64,000 nucleotides of DNA from positions 1,426,001 to 1,490,000 of the forward strand of contig OZ251234.1 in assembly GCA_965240325.2 (NCBI GenBank), read 5' to 3'. Below the pieces are notes generated by a model. It was not told where the DNA came from. It did no database searches and saw nothing but the letters and a program-made list of their open reading frames with translations. Made by a program: the position numbers and the translations under genes. Below, one piece after another: positions 10,836 through 18,660 of the stretch (position 1 is the first letter of the stretch; each line of letters starts with the position of its first letter). This stretch comes from Rebecca billardiae RCC1528 (Eukaryota; Protista; Haptophyta).

Positions 10836-12300
10836 TCAGTCACTGCCGCCCACCGGGCCGGCGGGCCGAGGACTGTCGCCGCGGGTCCGCGGGCCGCCGC
10901 GGGGACTAGCGGCCGGCGCGCGCGCGCAGGCAGGGCGAGAGGCGCTGGCGCGGCGCGAGCCGGCGCGTGCGCGCGAGCGGGCGCACCTGCTTGAGGTACT
11001 CGCCCTGCGCCATGCGCTCGACGACGGGCCGCTGGTCGCTCGTGCCGGCAGAGCGAGAGCGCGCGCCACTGCTGGCCCCGGCCTGCCGGCTGCGCAGCCT
11101 CGCACCGAGACCGACCGAGCGGAGCTCGGGGCGGTGGAACGAGGCGAGCGGCGCGTCGCGCCTGCCGCCGCGCGTGCGCGCCTGCTCCACCGCGCCGCCG
11201 TGCTCGCCCGCCGCCTCCTCCGCCGCGTCGGCCTCGAAGACGGCGGCTGCCAGCGGCAGGCTGAGCCGCGCGCCGGCTCACTCACACTGTGAGTCACACC
11301 CGCGGTCGCCTCGACGGCCAACTATCCACAGCTGCTCGAGCTGCTGGAGGGCGCCGCGACGATGGCGGCGCGGGCGCCCAGCGCGTCCGTTGCCGCGTCG
11401 CTCAGCTCGTCGAGCTCGGCGCCGCACTTCGCCAGCTTGGCGCCTAGCGCCTCCGCGTGTCACGTGCTCGTGCACGTCAGCCTGCTGATACGCCGCCGCC
11501 CATCGGCACTTCTGGCATCTGCGCGCGCAGCTGCTGCAGCTCGACGGCGGAGTCGTCGCGGCTGGCGGCGAGGGTGCGCACCGCGTCGATTGCCGAGGCC
11601 TGCAGCCCGGTGATCGCCGCGTCGACGCGCGCGGCGATTTCCCCACGCAGCCTCCTCGCGCCACGTGGCCGCCGCTCGCGTGGCAGGCAGCTGGGCGCCG
11701 CTGCGCGACCCGGAACCGGCGCGCGTTTCACTGATGCTCCTGCTCGTCCTCACGCTGCTGCACCTCCGCGCCGCCGTCGACCGAGTTGAGGAGGAGCTCG
11801 CGCTCGGCGTCGAGGCGCGAGCTCGCGTGCTCGAGCTCGCCCTTCAGCCGCGCGAGCTCCGGGCGCATCCGGCTCATCAGCTCTGCCGCGCTGCCCGCTC
11901 GCTCGCAGCGGCGCGCTCTGCTCCGGGCCGCCGTCGACTGAGTTGAGGAGGAGCTCGGGCTCGGCGTCGAGGCGCGAGCTCGCGTGCTCGAGCTCGCCCT
12001 TCAGCCGCGCGAGCTCCGGGCGCATCCGGCTCATCAGCTCTGCCGCGCCGCTCGCTCGGCGGCGGCGGGCGGCGCGCTCTGCTCCGGTCGGCGAGCGACG
12101 AGCTCGCGTGCTCCGGACTCGGCTCGCCCTTGCGCGCTGCTCCTCGAGTGACGAACGCGCCCGCGGGCAGGTTGTTGCCCGTCGCCCCCGCCGCGATCTC
12201 GCCGCCCCCGCCGCGATCTCGTCGCGCATGTGTCCGTGGCGCGCGCCTGCGAGGTGACAGGCGGGCCGCGAGCTCAGCCTCGGGGAGAGCGGAGCGAGGA
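10836..12300 (-). pseudogene. Fragmented coiled-coil-like coding remnants with internal duplications
   Basis: Short frame-broken ORFs (LRGEIAARVDAAITGLQASAIDAVRTLAASRDDSAVELQQL; ELARLKGELEHASSRLDAE present twice); no continuous frame. Confidence 0.3.
11771..12050. repeat. Imperfect tandem duplication, period ~157 bp
   Basis: ccgccgtcgac..gagttgaggaggagctcg..ggctcatcagctctgccgcg at ~11771 and ~11928. Confidence 0.85.
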
Positions 12301-12317
12301 GAGGGCGAGACGCGCGG

Positions 12318-12461
12318 CCTGCGAGGCGACAGGCGCGCTCGGGGAGAGCATTTTACCATTCACATTTACAAGTGATCAAGTTTCCCGTGCGCCTGCGAGG
12401 CGACAGGCGCGCTCGGGGAGAGCATTTTACTATTCACATTTACAAGTGATCAAGTTTCCCG
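12318..12461. repeat. Tandem duplication, period ~74 bp
   Basis: cctgcgaggcgacaggcgcgctcggggagagcattttac(c/t)attcacatttacaagtgatcaagtttcccg twice. Confidence 0.9.
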
Positions 12462-12741
12462 AGCCTTTGCCTTGCCGTTTTTATCGGTTGGCGGTTGGCG
12501 GCAATCTCATACTTAAAATCGCGCTCGTAACGAACCGTTACACTAATGTCACGTCCAGCTGACGTCCAGATCGCACTTTACTTAAGGGAATCAGCTGGAC
12601 GCGCTTATTTTCGGCCTAATAGACCTCTCTACGCGATCTCAAAAACTCGAAACTCGGTCTCCGCCAGCCCTAAAAATCGCCCCCCGTCCCTTTTTTCTTG
12701 ATCAAAGATCTTTTTGAAACGTGGTTCGGGCCCGCTGGTGC

Positions 12742-12827
12742 GGGCTCCACGCTGCGCGCTCCGCCCTGCACCGCGGGCCATTATGGGCTCCACGCTGCGC
12801 GCTCCGCCCTGCACCGCGGGCCATTAT
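12742..12827. repeat. 43-bp tandem repeat, two copies
   Basis: gggctccacgctgcgcgctccgccctgcaccgcgggccattat at 12742 and 12785. Confidence 0.9.
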
Positions 12828-12961
12828 AATATATATATATATGCTTATAGCAGTAGTAGGCTTTTAAAAGATGTGATTCATCGTCACAGAGCCGAGTGTC
12901 TGACGATATGGCGCATGCATCCGTGAGGTCCCGTATCATCAGCAGCAGATCGTCGATATGA

Positions 12962-13443
12962 GGCTCTGGCTCCGGTTGACCCGTTGACCCCTGCCAGTCC
13001 GGTCATAGAAACCGCGGGCGTACCGAACTGAAACGGGCGAAAATGATCTTCGCATTCCTGCGGCCGAATGAACGCCCGAAGTGTCCCACAGGGCTCCAAG
13101 TAGGGTTACTATGGATGGCCAATAAGTGCCCAGGGTGTGAAACTCAGTTTGTGACTACTTCAGACTCTATTTTTCATAGCTATTTACCCAGTCCGGTGAC
13201 ATGTTTCCAATAGCTATGGGTGCATCCGGATCGCTCCCGGACCGTGTTCTGACCAGAGTCTGAAATGGGTAAATACATAGTAAAATAGAGTCTGGGCTAT
13301 AGAGAAAGTGCTTGTTGGCCCAATATCGCTCTGAAGTCATCATCTAGGCATCCATTGAGGTCCTCCTGTGCAGTTTTCACGAGTGACTTCATGAAGGAGC
13401 TCACAGTGTCCGTCTCTGGCAGGGGTCAACCGAAGCCAGAGCC
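12962..13443. mobile_element. MITE-like non-autonomous DNA transposon (~480 bp), ~28-bp TIR, 4-bp TSD ATGA
   Basis: Left GGCTCTGGCTCCGGTTGACCC[GTTGACCC]CTGCCAG, right CTGGCAGGGGTCAACCGAAGCCAGAGCC; ATGA at 12958-12961 and 13444-13447; AT-richer interior with an internal inverted pair (13161-13190 / 13266-13294). Confidence 0.75.
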
Positions 13444-14115
13444 ATGACGCAGATTGACGATGAGATAGTATATCACAATATCAATAGTATATATAGTCAA
13501 TCCTCGTATCATCGTCATCACTCTGCACGTAAAGGGTCAACCCACTATAACTGTCAGGCAGCGCCATCGTGCCGACGTGCCCACAGCCGACGTGCGCGAA
13601 TTTGTGCGACGGCGGCAGCGACGAGGTCGCGGTCCCCGGCCGCTCCGACGCGCTCTTGACATCCGCGTCAGCGTGGGCCGTGCGGATGTCCGATGAATCA
13701 AGAACCCATCCTACTCAGTACTCTTCGACGGTGCCGACCTCGCCGCTAGCGGGCGCGGCGTCGTACAAATTTGATGATTGGTACCTTGGGCATGGCCCGC
13801 GGCCAGCATGCCAGGGCCCAGGTCCGCGCGGGGCTCTGTGGGCAAGCGAGCCAAGGGGCGCAGCGAGTCCGGTGCGGCTGTCGTACGGGTCGATCGCGAG
13901 CGCCGAGTCGCAGCCGCGCGCGCCGCGCCGCTGGCCGCGCTGGCGCCAGGTCGCCCGGGGGAGAAGGCGCCGCTGCAGCGCTCCTTCTGCCATCACGCGA
14001 TCCGCCGGCAGGAAGACCTGCCTTGCGCCCAGTTTTGACAAAAACGATGAATCTTCAACTCCGCGCGCTCTGGGTGACCGGTGAACCACTACTAACCTGA
14101 CAGTAGTTATAAAAG

Positions 14116-15408
14116 CTACGGAAGGCGAGCGCGCACCTTGGAGAGGCAGTCCCGCCAGGCTTGCTTGGCCAGGACTTCGTGCAGATCGACAAAGCAGAGC
14201 TTGCCCGCATCCTGAAAGTGCCGGAAGGATGTACGGAACGCCGCCTCGTTGAAGCTTGCGCCGAAGACATCGCGCTCGCCAGCCATCGACAAGTCAAAGA
14301 TCGCGCGCGTGAAGGCGTGGTCGTCCGGAAGGCACGTGTGCGGTGGGCGGCCAAGCTTCGCACGATGCTTCTCGTGCTGCAGCGCAGACAGGGCGGCCTG
14401 GAAGCCGCTTCCTCTGCTTGCTCTCTGCGGGAGCTTGCCCGCCTGAACGGCGCCGGCGACGACCTCCTTCAGGTCGAAGTCGAGAGACGGGTTGGCCGTC
14501 GGCGGGCTCCCGATCATGCGGCACGTGTGATGCGCGTGTAGCACATCGCAGAGCATGGGCTTGATGATATCCGGGTGAGTCGACAAGTCGATCACGCGAA
14601 CCTGCACGCCGTGCCCGCGCAACTCGCTCTGGAATCGGGTGATGATGGTCGCGGGCGACGGGATGTGCGACCACGAGTGCGTGCGGATGAGCTGGGTGTA
14701 GTTGTACCCGGACACCGCGCCCACGCGCCAGTGCGTGTGCGCGCTGCACAGGTGCAGGAGCTGGCAGAAGAGTCCGTCATGCGAGAGATCGTGATCATGC
14801 GCCTTCGCGTGCTGGTGTATCTGTGAGATGATGTGGTCGTGATGTCGCCGGTAGGCGAGGACAAACGTGATGCTATGGGCTGGCCACCCACCGCCCTCGT
14901 GGCGCAGCCACTGCACCATTTTGACCACAGGCATTTGGCTGAAGTGCTCGGCACTCACGATCACAGAGTTGCCGTGCCGCCGCGCGTGGTCCAGGCTGGA
15001 CGCGTACCCATTGAACACTTGCGTGCACGTGCCCTTCTCCAGCTGATCCATCATGCACTGTGCAAGGTCGTGGTGCTGTGACCGACGAGATGAATGGACG
15101 CGCTTCGGGTACACCCAATGGTCAAGCTGGAGGAGGTGCTGATGCACGTTGGCCCTGGTGAGGTACGCCTGCAAGGCCGTCGAGCCAGTCTTGGGCGGAC
15201 CAGCGTGCACGATGATGGACGGCTCCTTCGCCGACAAAAGCCGCAGCGCTGATTGCGCGGCGGGAGGTGTTCCGGCAGCCGTGGGAGCGTGTTTAGGGCT
15301 GTGCGTACTCGCGACAGCGCTCGAGTTGGCGACCGCGGTCGTCGACGCGGTAGACAAGGCTGCAATAGGCCGGCCGTTCCCGGCAATAACGGCAAGGACA
15401 AGCGCCAT
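14116..15408 (-). CDS. Secreted/membrane P-loop sulfotransferase-like protein, intronless
   Basis: IIVHAGPPKTGSTALQAYL (PAPS-binding PKTGST), VIVSAEHFS, FVLAYRRHHDHIIS; start uncertain (ATG 15408, 15429 or 15450). Confidence 0.7.
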   Translation of the reverse strand: MALVLAVIAGNGRPIAALSTASTTAVANSSAVASTHSPKHAPTAAGTPPAAQSALRLLSAKEPSIIVHAGPPKTGSTALQAYLTRANVHQHLLQLDHWVYPKRVHSSRRSQHHDLAQCMMDQLEKGTCTQVFNGYASSLDHARRHGNSVIVSAEHFSQMPVVKMVQWLRHEGGGWPAHSITFVLAYRRHHDHIISQIHQHAKAHDHDLSHDGLFCQLLHLCSAHTHWRVGAVSGYNYTQLIRTHSWSHIPSPATIITRFQSELRGHGVQVRVIDLSTHPDIIKPMLCDVLHAHHTCRMIGSPPTANPSLDFDLKEVVAGAVQAGKLPQRASRGSGFQAALSALQHEKHRAKLGRPPHTCLPDDHAFTRAIFDLSMAGERDVFGASFNEAAFRTSFRHFQDAGKLCFVDLHEVLAKQAWRDCLSKVRARLP

Positions 15409-15448
15409 GCCGCGAGGCCCGCCCGCCATGCTGCCGAACCCGCCCGCC

Positions 15449-16927
15449 ATGCTGCCGAGTGAACCCGCCGACGACGCAAGGGTGGGTGCTGCACGCCACT
15501 GTCCACACGGGGAGTGTGGCTTGAGCCGGGCGGCGGGTGGCGTCCCCTCTGCGCGAGCGTTCGGGCCAACGACGAACGGTGGGCTGGCTGGCTCGCCGAG
15601 GACACAGTGCGTATGCGGTCGCTGCGAGTTGAACCTCCGGGAGCCGTGCACGTCGGTCAACCTTCCGAGGAAGGGTCAGGCGAAGCGCGTGCGCTCATAC
15701 GGCTGGCTGGCGATGTACCTCCTGGCTGGTGCGACGAAGGATGACTGCATGAAGGTGATGTCGCAGAAAGGTCGCGTCGCCATGTGCGTGTTCCACTTCG
15801 AAGCGCACATGCTCACGATCACTGACAAGCAGGTCACGCTCAACCTGCACTCCTCAGACACGGCGCCATCTGTACCCCTCAAGACCGTCCGTACGCGCGT
15901 CGCGGCCTTCCAAGCTGCAAAGGTCTCGCAAGGAGGGCGCGTGCGGGCAGCGTTACATGTGACCCGCGAGACGCCGCGAGCGGCGATCACCCACACCGAC
16001 CATACCATGCGCTGCCGCACCGGCAGGCGAAGTCGCAAGGACGGCGTCACCGGGATCCTGCCTGTCGGGATGCCAATACATGCGCGGGCGCAGAAGCCCT
16101 TCTACAAGCACCGAGCGGGTGAGCAGCGCGAACGCGTCGCTGAGCCGGCCGACGCTGATGCCGTGCCAGGTGGTGGCGGCGGCAGCAGAACATTTATTCG
16201 GCTGGGTGCTCGCCGCGTTGAGGTCGTGTACTTGTGCGTCGATCGCGACGACGTCGACACACGACTGCAGGAGCTGGGCATCCTTGACGCGCCTGTCCTT
16301 GGCTTTGATACGGAGGCGCGCCCAACACGTACCGTGCACAGGCAATTCCCGACACATGTGGTGCAGCTTTCGACGCTCACACACTGCGTGGTCTCCCTGG
16401 GGAGCAGCCGACTGCCACGCAAGCTCTCGCGCGTGCTACGCAGCCGTGAAGTCCTCAAGATTGGCGTAGGCGTCCTCTGCGATCTCAATCAGCTCTGCGC
16501 GGACCGGCCAGATGTACTCGGCCACAAGCCCGGCGCGTTCATCGACCTCGCGCTCCTGGCAATGTTCACTGGGCACGCGGCCGCATGCGACGACCCGATG
16601 GGACTGAAGGGGCTCGCTGCTCTCTTTGACATAACGATCGAGAAGAAGGTGGATGTTGTAATGTCCCGCTGGGACGAGATCCCCCTTGATGCGCAGCAGA
16701 TCTCCTACGCGGCGATGGACGCGTCTGTGGCCCGCTGGCTGGCAAGCAAGCTACTCGCGTGCGAGGCGGACGACATGCTTGCAGGTGCCGCACGCCCCTT
16801 CGCAAACCTGCCGTGCGCGCTGCAGCGGCTTCAGGCTTGTGACGGTGAGAAGCTACAGTGCGCGCTTGGACGCCCTTCCTTCTGCAACCCAATCGGTTGT
16901 CGTACAGATCAAGCACGTTGGCCATGA
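15449..16927 (+). CDS. DEDDy 3'-5' exonuclease (WRN-exo/EXD2-like) with N-terminal THAP-like zinc finger; probable in-frame intron ~15941-16027
   Basis: Exonuclease: VLGFDTE, VVQLST, LKIGVGVLCDL, FIDLA, GLKGLA, SRWDEIPLDAQQISYAAMDA. THAP-like: CVCGRC..LP..R..W..CVFHF..L..APSV. Start uncertain. Confidence 0.75.
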   Translation: MLPSEPADDARVGAARHCPHGECGLSRAAGGVPSARAFGPTTNGGLAGSPRTQCVCGRCELNLREPCTSVNLPRKGQAKRVRSYGWLAMYLLAGATKDDCMKVMSQKGRVAMCVFHFEAHMLTITDKQVTLNLHSSDTAPSVPLKTVRTRVAAFQAAKVSQGGRVRAALHVTRETPRAAITHTDHTMRCRTGRRSRKDGVTGILPVGMPIHARAQKPFYKHRAGEQRERVAEPADADAVPGGGGGSRTFIRLGARRVEVVYLCVDRDDVDTRLQELGILDAPVLGFDTEARPTRTVHRQFPTHVVQLSTLTHCVVSLGSSRLPRKLSRVLRSREVLKIGVGVLCDLNQLCADRPDVLGHKPGAFIDLALLAMFTGHAAACDDPMGLKGLAALFDITIEKKVDVVMSRWDEIPLDAQQISYAAMDASVARWLASKLLACEADDMLAGAARPFANLPCALQRLQACDGEKLQCALGRPSFCNPIGCRTDQARWP

Positions 16928-17381
16928 GCGCGTTAAAATTCCCCTTTATATAACGGGCTCCGGGTGATCAGGCTGGCGGCCGAAGCCTCCAGCCCTACCC
17001 TGGCCAGCCCCCAACCAACCACCACCCTCACCCAACGACAAAGTCAAAGAAGAACGAGCGTCTGCGACGAGAGCAGGAGAGGGAGCAAAAAACTAGCAAG
17101 CAGCATAGACAGAGTGAGCAGTGGCGGCGCAGTCTCACTAGTCTGGGTCGTGACACGCTACGTTAGTCTGGTCCGACTGGCTGCCACTGGGTCGTGAGAC
17201 ACAGTCGTCAGCTATCCATCGTGACGCCTCGCTCATTCAACTTTCGGCCCGTGTTAGCGCACTGTGTAGCTGCTACTATAGCATAGTAAAAGCGCTAGGC
17301 TCTGTCAGCTATATAGCTCGTACTCTGCTGTGCCGTCAGCAGTCGACATTGATGGGGCTCATCCACATTCGATCCGCCATA

Positions 17382-17894
17382 CAGGCAATCGCGGGCAATA
17401 AGGAGCTGTCACGTTAAGAAACTGGGGCTTGATATTTGCGGATCTGGCCTAGAAACTGAGACCAGCGATTGGCTGGTTCGCTATACGCATAGTCACACTA
17501 AGAAACCGGGACTATATATGTCGTCGCGGCTGACGAGTGGTCCGCCGAGGCGCAGTGCCAGTGGGACCGGCGGCGCGCGGCCCGACTACGAGCCCAGGCA
17601 AAGGATTCCCGACTTCTCCTGATGACTGACTCCTGGCCAGTGCACCGCAGCATCCATGCAACATCATGCCAGATTTGCTCCAAAATGGCCCAATTGTTTT
17701 CTTCGGCCTCGCCGGCCGGGCCTAAAGACTCAGCGGGGGGCTCAGCGGTCAGCCCCCCTGCGCCCCCCGGGCGCCTGCGCGGCGGGCGGACCTAGCTAAG
17801 AAACCGAGACTCCGTAGACGGTCGGGCTACCGAACGGCTAAGAAACCAAGACTAGCCGTGAGATCTCTGACTTCTTATTGCCCGCGATTGCCTG
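17382..17894. mobile_element. Tc1/mariner-type MITE (~513 bp), TA TSD, ~25-bp TIR
   Basis: TA|CAGGCAATCGCGGGCAATAAGGAG ... CTTCTTATTGCCCGCGATTGCCTG|TA; five internal direct copies of (C)TAAGAAACYRRG. Confidence 0.85.
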
Positions 17895-18060
17895 TATACT
17901 TACAGGCCTCCCGGATCCTGTCGGCGCGCTGGCATCGGCGCCGTCGCATGGGTGCCCGCCAGTCGGAGAGTTCCGGTTCGGGTCACGACGACGTTTAATT
18001 TGTAGATAGTGGACGACGGTGGGGCGAGGAAGACGGGCGTTGGCGCGCCGCGAGGCGGCC

Positions 18061-18390
18061 GCAGCCCTCATCCATCGGGCCTCGCAGGCGGACGGCTGAA
18101 CGAATCTTCCGGCGGCGCTACCATCGGCGACGGCTTCATGGGCGGTGACAGCTGGCGGGCGTCAATCTCGCCTGCCTCAGTGCCTGAGCTGTCTCAGTCA
18201 GTGTGTGCGTGTCTTATTCTTATAGTAAACTGTAAGAGACGCACACACACAGCTCAGGCAGGCGAGATTGACGCCCGCCAACTGTCACTGCCCATGAAGC
18301 AGTCGCCTGAATACTCGCCGATGGTAGCGCCGTCGGAAGATTTTTTCAGCCTGATGAGCCGTCCTCCTGCCAGGCCTGGATGAGGGCTGC
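18061..18390. repeat. Long imperfect inverted repeat (fold-back hairpin, ~330 nt)
   Basis: gcagccctcatcca..aatcttccggcggcgctaccatcggcga..cttcatgggcggtgacagctggcgggcgtcaatctcgcctgcc..gtgtgtgcgt pairs with the reverse complement ending ..tggatgagggctgc; tiny loop near 18228. Confidence 0.9.
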
Positions 18391-18660
18391 ACAGTACAGA
18401 GTACTACGTATGACGCGGGGTTGCCCGTGCCGTTGTGCGGCACGGCAACGGTTATTGTGCCTCGCGTGACTCGCGTCGCGCGCCCGGGGGCGCCGGCGCG
18501 GTCGTTATCGTGCTAGCGTATACTACGTACGACTAGCTACGGCGGTAGCTGACGAGAGCTAGTCGTCTGGAGATAGGCTAGGATCGACCGTTGATCGAAT
18601 AATGAGACTCCGAGTCCGACAGGAACAAATCGTGATCCGCGCGTGATCGTCGTTGGCTAG

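Noticed and set aside
13569-14089. Short ORFs on both strands (CPQPTC motif)
   Set aside because: No recognisable domain or convincing start; cannot be supported as a gene.
14095-14108. 13-bp match CCTGACAGTAGTT also found at ~63290
   Set aside because: Too short and 49 kb apart; could be chance.
16969-17040. Hairpin GGCTGGCGGC-CGAA-GCCTCCAGCC plus a C-rich tract, resembling a tyrosine-recombinase retroelement end
   Set aside because: No second copy and no RT or recombinase coding sequence in the window.
17414-17855. CTAAGAAACC repeats as a CRISPR array or attC-like sites
   Set aside because: Repeats are short, degenerate and irregularly spaced, lie inside a TIR/TSD-bounded MITE in a eukaryote, and no cas or integrase gene is present.
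18420-18449. GC hairpin resembling a Helitron 3' end
   Set aside because: No CTRR terminus at the expected distance and no identifiable 5' end.
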